Source: Flavipsychrobacter sp.
GTDB lineage: Bacteria > Bacteroidota > Bacteroidia > Chitinophagales > Chitinophagaceae
Reading direction: 5' to 3'
Length of the DNA stretch: 64,000 bases
Assembly: GCA_965230595.1 (NCBI GenBank)
Contig: OZ246011.1
Location: forward strand, 2,901,397-2,965,396
Positions 18,011 to 27,529 of this stretch are shown here, piece after piece. Numbering within the stretch: position 1 is the first letter of the stretch; every line of letters starts with the position of its first letter. Under the pieces are notes generated by a model, which was not told where the DNA came from, made no database searches, and saw only the letters and a list, made by a program, of their open reading frames with translations. The position numbers and the translations under genes are program-made.

Positions 18011-19738
18011 ATGTCAACCCTCAGACTTTTAGTCCTAGTAGCGATACTGCTACTGGGCTTGCAGACCTCTTATGCCCAAACCAAAAAGAAATTGACACTC
18101 AAACATGCTACAGTATTTTTAAAGGGTGCGGAAATAACCAGTAAAGCCGATCTGAAACTTCCTGCGGGTGAATCTGAGATCATCTTTACCAATGTAGCGG
18201 GCAACATTAATCAACAAAGCCTTAATGTAGGCACTACTAACGGTGCAGCAGTGCAATCCGCCATTTTTCAAAATAACTATCTGGAAGAAATAAAAGTAAC
18301 CGCCCGCGCAAAAGAGCTGGAGGATAGCATCAACTACTTAACGGATATACGTAATGATATATACTTTAACCAGGAAGTAGCTGTACAGCAAATAAAAGTA
18401 TTGAACGACAACCAAGAGCTTTATGGAGAGCAAAAGGGCGTGTCGGTTGAAGACCTTCAAAAAATGATGGACCTGATAAAAGCAAGGCTAAAACCCTTGA
18501 TGCAAGCCAGAACAAAATATACCAATGAGCTGATCAAAGTAGATAAACGTATAGCCAAAATGAAACAACAAATGGATGAAGAAACACAAAAAAATAATGT
18601 GCCGGGAGGCATCATTTTAGTCAAGTTCTATTGTAAGCATCCTACATCTTCAACAGTTACGATCACTTATGTTTCTAACAATGCCAGTTGGGCTCCTTCA
18701 TACGACCTGCGTGTAAACAGGGTGAACCAACCTATAGACCTCACCTACAAAGCGCATGTTCGTCAGAACACAGGCATTGAATGGAAAAATATTTCACTTA
18801 CACTATCGGGAGGTAACCCTAATGAGGGCACACAAGCACCCGGTATTCGCCCGTGGTATCTTTCTGTATATAGGCCACAGCCTGTAGTAAGTGAGTATAA
18901 AGTACCACTTATAGATAAAAATGCGCCTGGTGGAAGACGTGTAATTACCGGTGAAGAAATTGATAAAATGGCCACCAGAAACACCACTAGTATGGTGAGT
19001 ACGTCTCCCGGTGTTTACTCGCAAGGAGATGGTACTTTGTATTATATAGACGGGGTACAAACCAATAGTAATAGAGGTATCAACATGCGGGAAAGTAGTA
19101 TTAACAAGTATACACAAGCTGACATCAGAGGCATTAATACACGCTTTAATATTGACATCCCTTACACCATACCGAGCGATGACAAAGTGCATAATGTGGC
19201 TATTAAGAATTACCAATTACCTGCCACATTCAGGCATTATACCATACCTAAGCTAGACAAAGATGTATTCATACAAGCACAAGTAACCGACTGGCAAGAA
19301 TACAATCTACTGTCAGGCAATACCAGCATTTTCTTTGAGGGCACTTATATAGGAGAAGGAAGGATAGACATGAAAAACATAGAAGACACTATGTATATAT
19401 CCTTAGGCAGAGATAAAAAGGTGATCGTTTCCAGAACGCAAGACAAAAAGCAAACTACAGTAAGATCGATCAAAGCCAATATGGAACAGAGCTATACTTA
19501 TAAGTTAGACATCAGAAATACAAGAACGACAGCTGTACAACTGGTAGTGGTTGACCAAATACCTGTAAGTAACGACAACGATATTGATATTAAAGACATA
19601 GAACTGAGTGGTGCAACACTTGAAAAGAATAAAGGCATTGTAACATGGCGGCTTGATTTAACACCTAACGACGCTAAAGCACTACAGCTGAAGTACACCA
19701 TCAAATACCCTAAAGACAAAAGAATTAATAATCTGTAA
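18011..19738 (+). CDS. DUF4140/DUF4139 (MuiA-like) secreted protein, paralog 1
   Basis: Signal peptide ...LQTSYAQ. N-terminal block ATVFLKGAEI...IIFTNVAGNINQQSLNV, a central coiled coil, and a C-terminal block IPY.IPSD...FEGTYIGEG...LGRDKKV. Family name from memory of TIGR02231/DUF4139. Confidence 0.7.
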   Translation: MSTLRLLVLVAILLLGLQTSYAQTKKKLTLKHATVFLKGAEITSKADLKLPAGESEIIFTNVAGNINQQSLNVGTTNGAAVQSAIFQNNYLEEIKVTARAKELEDSINYLTDIRNDIYFNQEVAVQQIKVLNDNQELYGEQKGVSVEDLQKMMDLIKARLKPLMQARTKYTNELIKVDKRIAKMKQQMDEETQKNNVPGGIILVKFYCKHPTSSTVTITYVSNNASWAPSYDLRVNRVNQPIDLTYKAHVRQNTGIEWKNISLTLSGGNPNEGTQAPGIRPWYLSVYRPQPVVSEYKVPLIDKNAPGGRRVITGEEIDKMATRNTTSMVSTSPGVYSQGDGTLYYIDGVQTNSNRGINMRESSINKYTQADIRGINTRFNIDIPYTIPSDDKVHNVAIKNYQLPATFRHYTIPKLDKDVFIQAQVTDWQEYNLLSGNTSIFFEGTYIGEGRIDMKNIEDTMYISLGRDKKVIVSRTQDKKQTTVRSIKANMEQSYTYKLDIRNTRTTAVQLVVVDQIPVSNDNDIDIKDIELSGATLEKNKGIVTWRLDLTPNDAKALQLKYTIKYPKDKRINNL

Positions 19739-19811
19739 CTGTTCACATTCTTTTAAGAGTTTTTTTATGGAATGGTGTAGATATTCGCACCTTTATAAAA
19801 AAACTCTTACT

Positions 19812-21419
19812 ATGCGTATTACTATTTGGGCATTATTATTAGCCACATGTATCACCTATACCGCAGTCGCACAAAGAAACGTGCGTGTCAACATTAAAGA
19901 AGCTACTGTATTTCTACGTGGTGCTGAATTATCAAGCAGCACACGCATCAGTATACCACAGGGAGAATCGCAAGTGCTCTTTACCAATATTGCCGGCAAT
20001 GTCAACAAACAAAGCTTGAACATTGGCGCGAGTAATGGTGTGGTAGTACAATCGGCCACTTTTCAAAACAACTATTTGGTAGACGACCAGCTTTCTCCAA
20101 GGGCACAAGAGATCAAAGACAGTATTGAACTGGTACAAGACAAACGTAATAGATACAACAACCAAAAAACAGTGGTCAAAGAGCAGATCACTATTTTAAA
20201 TAGTAACAGAAGCATAGCAGGCGATAAAAGCGGACTTTCAGTTAGCGAGCTACAAAAAATGCTCACACTTGTTAAAACCGAAATGGGCAAGCTACTGGAC
20301 GAAGAAGACCTACTAACCAAACAAGTGAAGGAAGCTGACATCCTCATCAAAAAACTACAACAACAATTACAACAAGAGAAGCGAAAGGGCTACCAACCTG
20401 GTGGTCAGTTACTGGTTAAGTTTTATGCAACAAGGGCTACTACCAGCAATATCAACATATCTTATGTAGTACCTAATGCAGGATGGACACCTACTTACGA
20501 CCTGCGTGTAGAAAAAGTGAACAACCCTGTAGAGCTCTTTTACAAAGCACATGTTTACCAAAACAGTGGTGTAAGTTGGGACAATGTGACATTGTCTCTA
20601 TCAACAGGCAACCCTAGTGAAGGGGCGCAAGCACCGGTATTGAACCCATGGTATTTATCTTTCTATACACCAACACCATACAACTATAAAAACAGAGTCT
20701 ATAATAATGCAACAGGTGCAGCAGCCGGTCATAAAGAACCAATAGCACTAGAGGCCGCCGCTGATAAAATGGAAGTCTCTACCATGAATGACTTTGTACA
20801 TGTAGACAATAGCGGTATCAATACTGCATTTGATATTGACCTGCCATATACAATACCTAGCGATGGGCAGCAACACACCGTATCGATCAAGAAGCACCAA
20901 CTGCCTGCCACCTACAGATACTATGCTGTACCTAAGCTAGACAGAGATGCCTTCTTACAAGCGCAGGTGACCAACTGGGAAGAACTAAACCTGCTACCTG
21001 CACAAACCAACATCTTCTTCGAAGGCACATATGTAGGACAAGGCTACATTGATGTACGAAATGTAAAAGATACCATGACCTTATCACTAGGTAGAGATAA
21101 GAAAGTAGTGATACGCAGAGAGCGTGATAAGAACTTGAAGAGTGTACGCACCATTGGAACTAATGTAAAAGAGACCTTTGGCTATACTATAAGTGTACGC
21201 AATACACGCAACCAACCGGTGAGTATTACCTTATTGGATCAGATACCGGTAAGCAACGATAAAGACATCGTAATAGAGGACAAGAAATATAAAGGTGGTG
21301 AGTATAATGAAACCAAAGGGTCAGTGAAATGGCAATTGAATATCAAAGCCAACGAAACACAAAAAGTACAATTAGGTTACACCGTGAAGTATCCAAAAAA
21401 TAAACGACTGAATTTATAG
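19812..21419 (+). CDS. DUF4140/DUF4139 (MuiA-like) secreted protein, paralog 2
   Basis: Start moved to ATG 19812 (MRITIWALLLATCITYTAVAQ signal peptide). Collinear with 18011-19738, with a high fraction of identical residues by eye in the N- and C-terminal blocks. Confidence 0.7.
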   Translation: MRITIWALLLATCITYTAVAQRNVRVNIKEATVFLRGAELSSSTRISIPQGESQVLFTNIAGNVNKQSLNIGASNGVVVQSATFQNNYLVDDQLSPRAQEIKDSIELVQDKRNRYNNQKTVVKEQITILNSNRSIAGDKSGLSVSELQKMLTLVKTEMGKLLDEEDLLTKQVKEADILIKKLQQQLQQEKRKGYQPGGQLLVKFYATRATTSNINISYVVPNAGWTPTYDLRVEKVNNPVELFYKAHVYQNSGVSWDNVTLSLSTGNPSEGAQAPVLNPWYLSFYTPTPYNYKNRVYNNATGAAAGHKEPIALEAAADKMEVSTMNDFVHVDNSGINTAFDIDLPYTIPSDGQQHTVSIKKHQLPATYRYYAVPKLDRDAFLQAQVTNWEELNLLPAQTNIFFEGTYVGQGYIDVRNVKDTMTLSLGRDKKVVIRRERDKNLKSVRTIGTNVKETFGYTISVRNTRNQPVSITLLDQIPVSNDKDIVIEDKKYKGGEYNETKGSVKWQLNIKANETQKVQLGYTVKYPKNKRLNL

Positions 21420-21423
21420 CAGT

Positions 21424-21454
21424 AAAAAAGCCTCGCAATTAGCGAGGCTTTTTA
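21424..21454. terminator. Bidirectional rho-independent terminator
   Basis: AAAAAGCCTCGC-AATTA-GCGAGGCTTTTT, between convergent genes. Confidence 0.8.
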
Positions 21455-21850
21455 TTTCTTTTCAAATCTTATCTCTCGGAGAATGAATTTACCCTGCATG
21501 ATCTTCATGACCACATACAATTGATACTGACCATTAGAAGTGATCAAATTACCAATAGCATATTTAGTATTAGGCCCCGCATTTGCACTACTTTGTATCA
21601 CCTTAAATTCTTTAACGGCATTTTTGTTAAAAAAGTCTTTTAAGACGATCTCCGCCTGTGCATCACTATAAGAAGCTTGGTTGTTGTTAATGGTAATGGC
21701 TACTATTTTGTCAAAAAACTTGCTCATTCCCGTCACGTTACCCGTACGCACATAGTTCACAACGTCCTCTAACTCATCAGCTTGTGCCGATGTAGCTACG
21801 AAAACCGAGCAAAGTATTGCTAATAATAGCTTTTTAAATACGTTTTTCAT
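21452..21850 (-). CDS. Small secreted protein (DUF4783-like)
   Basis: Signal peptide ...ATSAQA, 132 aa. The pattern F...V.I.I......YS..QAE..LK.FF matches my memory of DUF4783. Low certainty on the family. Confidence 0.5.
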   Translation of the reverse strand: MKNVFKKLLLAILCSVFVATSAQADELEDVVNYVRTGNVTGMSKFFDKIVAITINNNQASYSDAQAEIVLKDFFNKNAVKEFKVIQSSANAGPNTKYAIGNLITSNGQYQLYVVMKIMQGKFILREIRFEKK

Positions 21851-21960
21851 TCTGCTACAAATTCAGATACTCTTTTAGCAAATTTTAATACAGCAAAAAA
21901 CCTGCCAAAACTGCTGATTTTTAACTTATTCTTGGGTATTTAACGTACAGTTGTGCTTTG

Positions 21961-22030
21961 GGGATGATAAATATAACATTATTATCCCAGTAGGGAGACA
22001 TTTATTTATCATATTTAGGAAATGATAAAT
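21961..22030. promoter_or_regulatory. Cluster of ATGATAAAT motifs and an imperfect palindrome upstream of gpmI
   Basis: ATGATAAAT occurs at 21964-21972 and 22022-22030, with an inverted copy ATTTATCAT at 22004-22012. GGGATGATAA-N8-TTATTATCCC (21961-21988) is an inverted repeat with one mismatch. Confidence 0.35.
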
Positions 22031-22054
22031 TGTCAGTTAAACAAGCTGAAATTG

Positions 22055-22062
22055 TACTTTTG
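22055..22062 (+). promoter_or_regulatory. Bacteroidota -7 box (TACTTTTG) for gpmI
   Basis: A TAnnTTTG match ending 5 nt before the ATG at 22068. Confidence 0.45.
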
Positions 22063-22067
22063 CACAC

Positions 22068-23594
22068 ATGTCTAGTAAAGTAATGCTCATCATTATGGAT
22101 GGGTGGGGCCACGGCCAAAAGAAAGAGGCTGATGCCATCGCAAATGCAAACACTCCCTTTGTATCATCTTTATATGATAAATATCCAAATACCGAGCTCA
22201 TCACCTGTGGTGAGGCTGTAGGTTTGCCTGAAGGGCAGATGGGTAACTCTGAAGTAGGACACCTAAATATTGGTGCAGGCCGTATTGTTTATCAGGAGTT
22301 ACAGCGTATCAACATCGCCGTTCGAGAAAAGCAGCTCGACCAAAACGAGACTTTACTGCAAGCATTTACAATAGCTAAAGAAAACAATAGCACTTTACAC
22401 TTTATTGGCTTAGTAAGCGACGGGGGTGTACACTCCCATACCGATCACTTAAAAGCACTATGCACTTTAGCACAAAAGAACGGAGTGCCGAATACAGCTG
22501 TACATGCCTTTACCGATGGTAGAGACACCGACCCTAAAGGCGGTTACGGGTATATCAAGGATCTTCAAGAGCACCTGAACGAAACGGGAGCTCACCTAGC
22601 CAGCATATGTGGTAGATACTATGCCATGGATAGAGATAAGAGATGGGAAAGGGTTAAGTTGGCTTACGATGCATTGACCAAAGGAGCCGGCACAAAAGCT
22701 AAAGATGCTTTAACAGCCATTCAAGATTCGTATAATAATGATGTTACTGATGAATTCATCAAGCCTATCATCATCACCAACGATAATGACCAACCTTTAG
22801 CTACTATAAAGGATAATGATGTGGTGATCTGCTTTAACTTCCGTACGGACAGATGCAGGGAGATCACTATGGCGCTAACACAACAGGCATTTCCAGAGCA
22901 AGGGATGCAGCCACTGGACTTGCATTATGTAACCATGACGGAATACGACAAGACGTTTAATAATGTTCATGTCCTCTTTCATAACGACAACCTTACTAAC
23001 ACTTTGGGTGAGGTGCTGGCCAAGAATAATAAAACACAAATACGCATAGCCGAAACAGAGAAGTACCCGCACGTCACTTTCTTCTTCTCTGGTGGTAGGG
23101 AGCAACCTTTTGAAGGTGAGCGCCGCATCATGGCAGATTCACCAAAAGATGTGGCAACCTATGATGAGAAACCTGAAATGAGTGCTTATGAGATCACAGA
23201 AAAGATTTTGCCTGAAATAGAGCAAGAATCAGCTGATTTCATCTGTCTCAACTTTGCCAATGCGGATATGGTAGGTCATACAGGCGTTTGGGAAGCAGCC
23301 ATTAAAGCTGCTGAAACTGTAGATACCTGTGTAGGTCGTATTGTTCCTTTGGCTTTAGAAAAAGGTTACACTATCTTTTTAACGGCAGACCATGGCAACT
23401 CAGACTTTTTAGTCAACGGCGATGGTACGCCTAACACGGCTCATACACTCAACCCTGTACCACTATTTGTGATCAGTAATGACTTTGATGGTACGGTTGA
23501 CCCAGGCAAGTTGGGTGATATAGCACCTACTGTTTTAAAACATATGGGCGTCCGTATTCCTGAAGAAATGACGGGTGATGTATTGACGGATTAA
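22068..23594 (+). CDS. gpmI: 2,3-bisphosphoglycerate-independent phosphoglycerate mutase
   Basis: VMLIIMDGWGHG N-terminus, NSEVGHLNIGAGR, and C-terminal ADHGN; about 508 aa. Confidence 0.95.
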   Translation: MSSKVMLIIMDGWGHGQKKEADAIANANTPFVSSLYDKYPNTELITCGEAVGLPEGQMGNSEVGHLNIGAGRIVYQELQRINIAVREKQLDQNETLLQAFTIAKENNSTLHFIGLVSDGGVHSHTDHLKALCTLAQKNGVPNTAVHAFTDGRDTDPKGGYGYIKDLQEHLNETGAHLASICGRYYAMDRDKRWERVKLAYDALTKGAGTKAKDALTAIQDSYNNDVTDEFIKPIIITNDNDQPLATIKDNDVVICFNFRTDRCREITMALTQQAFPEQGMQPLDLHYVTMTEYDKTFNNVHVLFHNDNLTNTLGEVLAKNNKTQIRIAETEKYPHVTFFFSGGREQPFEGERRIMADSPKDVATYDEKPEMSAYEITEKILPEIEQESADFICLNFANADMVGHTGVWEAAIKAAETVDTCVGRIVPLALEKGYTIFLTADHGNSDFLVNGDGTPNTAHTLNPVPLFVISNDFDGTVDPGKLGDIAPTVLKHMGVRIPEEMTGDVLTD

Positions 23595-23606
23595 TTGAGG
23601 AAAAAG

Positions 23607-24986
23607 TTAGCGAGCGATCCAAAGCTCTGGGTTGGTTTTGGTAGCCCCGCTCCATACTTGGAAGTTGATAAAACTTTCCCCTTCGTCATTGATCTCTACT
23701 TTGCCTATTGATTGCTTCGTTGCTACCTTTTGACCTTTCTTCACACTTACTTCTGACAAATGGGAGTATAATGTAAAATAGTGTCCGTGACTGATGATCA
23801 CATTCCACTCTCTACCATCAATGTAGAACACACTGGTAACGGTTCCGTTAAACACAGCCCTAGCAGTTGCACCGGGGTCAGTACCTATGTCAATACCGTA
23901 GTTTTCCATTTCTACTTTCTCAGCTACAGGGTGGTGATATTTACCAAACTTAACTGCAATATACCCCTTGGCTACAGGCCAAGGTAGCTTACCACGATTG
24001 TTGGCAAAGTCGTTAGACAAGGCCGTTGCCTCAGGCGTCATCGGGTGGTTAAATGTTCTTACCGGCTTTTTAGGCTTTTCAGCAGCAGGTTTTGTAGCTT
24101 CGGGCTTATCGTTAGATACTTTTACGTTTGAAGGATTATTGTTAGCTACGTTATTAATGTTATTGGCCGCGGCCAATGCTTTTTGTCTGGCTTCTTCCGC
24201 TTTACGTTTGCGCTCTTCTTCTGCTTTACGTCTACGCTCCTCCTCTTCTGCCTTCTTTCTGGCTATCTCAATTTCTCTACGTATGATCTCTTGCACTGCA
24301 TCATCCAACTTCTTGGCTGCGCGCTTGTTTCTATTGATCTTGGCAATGAGTTCCTTTTCTCTACCCTTGAGCTGCTTTACCATTTGGTTGGTCTGGTCGC
24401 GCTCTTCTTGTATGCTTTCTCTTTGCTTTTCTTCGGTTTCTAGCAGTTCGTCTTTCTTAGCTTTTTCTGAGTTTAGGTTCTCTATCTGCTGCTCTATTTT
24501 TTCCTGTGTCTTTCTTATTTCAGCAGCTTGGTCTTTTCTAAAGTCTTGGTACTTCTTTAAGTATTTCAACCTGCGCACAGCCTCGTTAAAATCTTCTGAC
24601 GAGAACAAAAAAGCCAGCATATCATAAGAGCTACGACTTTTGTATGCATAGCGAATAGACTGCGCATAGCGCATCTTCAATACCCCGAGGTTGCTTCTTA
24701 ATTCTGCTATCTCACTCGTTGAGCTTTTAATACTCCTGTCTAGCTGACTTTTTTCCTGATTGATATTGTCTATCAGCTTCTGACGTTTGTAGAGTTTGTT
24801 TTGTAGTGCACGTAACTGACCCATGGTAACACGGGTATCCTTCTTAGCAGCAGCAAGTTGCTCCTGTGTTTCCTTAATGTCTTTTAGGATATTCGAGCGA
24901 CGCTTCTCCAACTCAGCACGTGTGGGTTGCTGGGCATATAAGCTAATGGAGGTTAACAATAAAAGTAGCGTAGCTACAGTGCGCAT
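23607..24986 (-). CDS. Peptidase M23 / EnvC-like murein hydrolase activator
   Basis: Signal peptide, a long coiled coil that includes a RRRKAEEERKRKAEEARQKA repeat, and a C-terminal LytM domain (GIDIG...HGHYFTLYSHL). Confidence 0.85.
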   Translation of the reverse strand: MRTVATLLLLLTSISLYAQQPTRAELEKRRSNILKDIKETQEQLAAAKKDTRVTMGQLRALQNKLYKRQKLIDNINQEKSQLDRSIKSSTSEIAELRSNLGVLKMRYAQSIRYAYKSRSSYDMLAFLFSSEDFNEAVRRLKYLKKYQDFRKDQAAEIRKTQEKIEQQIENLNSEKAKKDELLETEEKQRESIQEERDQTNQMVKQLKGREKELIAKINRNKRAAKKLDDAVQEIIRREIEIARKKAEEEERRRKAEEERKRKAEEARQKALAAANNINNVANNNPSNVKVSNDKPEATKPAAEKPKKPVRTFNHPMTPEATALSNDFANNRGKLPWPVAKGYIAVKFGKYHHPVAEKVEMENYGIDIGTDPGATARAVFNGTVTSVFYIDGREWNVIISHGHYFTLYSHLSEVSVKKGQKVATKQSIGKVEINDEGESFINFQVWSGATKTNPELWIAR

Positions 24987-25150
24987 GAATATATCAGGTT
25001 TTCTAAAGCAACAAAAATAACCAAATATCGTCCCTATCTTAATCTTGCCAACATTTTTATGATGATTTTTGCTGTTTTTTCCATAATGGGGCAGTATAAC
25101 TTTTTATTGACAGCAGTTTGTTTTTTCTTTGTTGCCAAAGACAATTGTAC

Positions 25151-26026
25151 ATGTTGTATTCAATGACAGGTTTCGGAAGGGCTGAAGCTACCATCAACAA
25201 CCGACAGGTGATCGTAGAGATGAAGTCTTTAAATGGTAAGCAGTTTGAAGTGGGGCAAAAGCTCTCACCCATACTCCGAGCCTATGAGTTGGATATTAGA
25301 ACCATGCTTAGCGGCCAACTCAAAAGGGGTAATATAGACCTTACTGTAAACATCAAACAGGAAGGAGCTACCAAGCCCATGTCTGTAAATACAGAGTTGG
25401 CTGTGTTTTATTATCAAAGCATGCAGCAAATTGCGAAAAAGCTGAACATTGATGAAGACAATGTACTCTCTACACTCATGCGTATGCCCGAGGTGGTGGC
25501 TGCAGAGCAAGATATACTACCTAAAGAAGAGTGGGAAGAAGTACAAAAAGTGATCATGCAAGCAGCTGACCTCTTGATGCAACACAGAAAAAAGGAAGGT
25601 GAAGCTTTATATAAAGACATGCATCAACGCATCAGTAATATTGAAGCACTGCTGGAAACTATACTACCGCTCGAAGATGAGCGAGCAGAAAAAGTGCGTA
25701 CTAAGTTGAACAACTCTCTGAATGAGATGCTGGGTAAAGAAAAGGTAGACCCTAACCGCTTTGAACAAGAGATGATCTACTATCTGGAGCGCATCGACTT
25801 TTCGGAAGAGAAAACAAGGTTAAAACAACACTGCAAATACTTTCATGAAACAGTAGAGAAAGAAGGCATCATGAAAGGTAAAGTACTGGGCTTCATCTTG
25901 CAAGAGGTGGGCCGTGAGATCAATACCTTAGGCGCTAAGGCCAACCATGCCGGCATACAACAGATCGTTATAAATATGAAAGACGAACTGGAAAAAGCCA
26001 AAGAACAAATATTGAATATCTTATAA
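25151..26026 (+). CDS. yicC: YicC family stress-induced protein
   Basis: MLYSMTGFGRAE N-terminus (start moved to ATG 25151) and C-terminal LQEVGREINTLGAKAN (DUF1732 block). Confidence 0.88.
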   Translation: MLYSMTGFGRAEATINNRQVIVEMKSLNGKQFEVGQKLSPILRAYELDIRTMLSGQLKRGNIDLTVNIKQEGATKPMSVNTELAVFYYQSMQQIAKKLNIDEDNVLSTLMRMPEVVAAEQDILPKEEWEEVQKVIMQAADLLMQHRKKEGEALYKDMHQRISNIEALLETILPLEDERAEKVRTKLNNSLNEMLGKEKVDPNRFEQEMIYYLERIDFSEEKTRLKQHCKYFHETVEKEGIMKGKVLGFILQEVGREINTLGAKANHAGIQQIVINMKDELEKAKEQILNIL

Positions 26027-26039
26027 TTTTGTGACGGCT

Positions 26040-26543
26040 ATGCAACCAAAGAAATTACTTTTTGTTCTTTTTGCCACAGTATTGGTACTATCAGGATGTT
26101 TACCTTCTCCTTATTACCAAAAGCAATACAACATTCCCAAAAATGCATGGCATAACGACTACAAGCCAACTTTTAAGTTTGAGGTGACAGACACTACTGC
26201 TCCTTATCATTTATACTTCATCATCAGGCACACCGATGCCTACCCTTACTCCAACATTTGGGTGTGGGTCAACACCAAGCAACCCGGAGACACTACGTAT
26301 GAGCGAGCCAGAATAGAAATACCCCTTACTGACCAAAGTGGTAAATGGTTTGGCAGAGGCATGGGGGAACTTTGGGAACAACGTATGCCTATTACGCGTA
26401 ATGACCAACCTATGCGCTTTAACAAAATGGGTACCTACGAGATTCAGTTTGAACAAAACATGCGTATCAACCCCTTACCTGAGGTGCTCAATATAGGTTT
26501 GCGTGTAGAAAAGGATACAAAACGTAACTTTAGCACACAGTAA
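26040..26543 (+). CDS. gldH: Gliding motility lipoprotein GldH
   Basis: Lipobox VLSGC. Blocks W......P.F.F.V.D....Y.L.F.IRH...YPYSN.W and GELWE match my memory of GldH. ATG 26040 is preferred over the track GTG 26031. Confidence 0.75.
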   Translation: MQPKKLLFVLFATVLVLSGCLPSPYYQKQYNIPKNAWHNDYKPTFKFEVTDTTAPYHLYFIIRHTDAYPYSNIWVWVNTKQPGDTTYERARIEIPLTDQSGKWFGRGMGELWEQRMPITRNDQPMRFNKMGTYEIQFEQNMRINPLPEVLNIGLRVEKDTKRNFSTQ

Positions 26544-26557
26544 CCAACTGTTTTGTT

Positions 26558-27529
26558 ATGCGTTTTTTTACTACTGCCCACTTATTGTTACTGGCTTACA
26601 TTATCTCCGCTATTTTGTTTTGGGGATTTAGTTTACAGCAGCAAAGCAAGCGTATATACGAGTTAGAGCAAGTCATCATCAATACCGAGATAGATAGTAG
26701 CGTCAATGCAGCTTTGCACAAAAGCCATATGGCTACTTTAAATGATGAGTACTCCTCTCGTAAAAAGCAGTATTGGGGAGAAGGCTCTACCTTTTTGATC
26801 ATCATATTAATAGGTGCAGCTGTTGTTTACTCCTCTTTTCGCAGAAGCAACAGGCTATCCAAACAGCAAAACAACTTTATACTGGCTGTAACGCATGAGC
26901 TTAAATCTCCTATTGCCGGTATGAAGCTCAACCTGCAAACCTTAGAAAGGCATAACCTACCTGAGGATAAAAAAGATGTTCTTGTTGCCCGTTCAGTTTC
27001 AGAAGCAAACAGGCTCAACGACCTGTGTAACAATATGCTCATGGTAGCACGCCTAGAGGGCAGGCAGTATAAAACCGCTAAAGAACAGTTTAACCTTGCC
27101 GACCTCATTAATGATAGCTTGGAAGACTATAATAACAGATACCCTGACCGCTTTGATTATGATGTAGTAGAAGAGGCTTATATATCAGGAGACCGTACTT
27201 TATTACAAATGGCGGTCAACAACTTATTAGAAAATGCTATTAAATACAGCTCATCCGGTACACCCATTACTTGCTTACTCTCACTAAAAAACAATTATGC
27301 CATACTAGAAGTAAAAGACCAGGGCATTGGCATACATGAAGACGAGCGCAAAAAGGTATTTAAGAAGTTTTACAGAATAGGTAGCGAAGAAACCCGCAAA
27401 ACAAAAGGCACCGGTCTGGGCTTATACCTTACGGCTAAGATCATCAAACAACACAAGGGCAAAATACATGTAAAAGAAAATACGCCTCAAGGTAGCATAT
27501 TTGAGATATGCCTTCCCTTGATTACTTAG
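26558..27529 (+). CDS. Sensor histidine kinase (two TM helices, HisKA, HATPase_c)
   Basis: H-box AVTHELKSPI, N-box NLLENAIKYS, and G-boxes DQGIGI and GTGLGLYL. Confidence 0.88.
   Translation: MRFFTTAHLLLLAYIISAILFWGFSLQQQSKRIYELEQVIINTEIDSSVNAALHKSHMATLNDEYSSRKKQYWGEGSTFLIIILIGAAVVYSSFRRSNRLSKQQNNFILAVTHELKSPIAGMKLNLQTLERHNLPEDKKDVLVARSVSEANRLNDLCNNMLMVARLEGRQYKTAKEQFNLADLINDSLEDYNNRYPDRFDYDVVEEAYISGDRTLLQMAVNNLLENAIKYSSSGTPITCLLSLKNNYAILEVKDQGIGIHEDERKKVFKKFYRIGSEETRKTKGTGLGLYLTAKIIKQHKGKIHVKENTPQGSIFEICLPLIT

Noticed and set aside
23968-24627. 219-aa plus-strand ORF
   Set aside because: It is antisense to the coiled-coil region of the M23 peptidase gene, with a repetitive Ser/Leu/Ala product.
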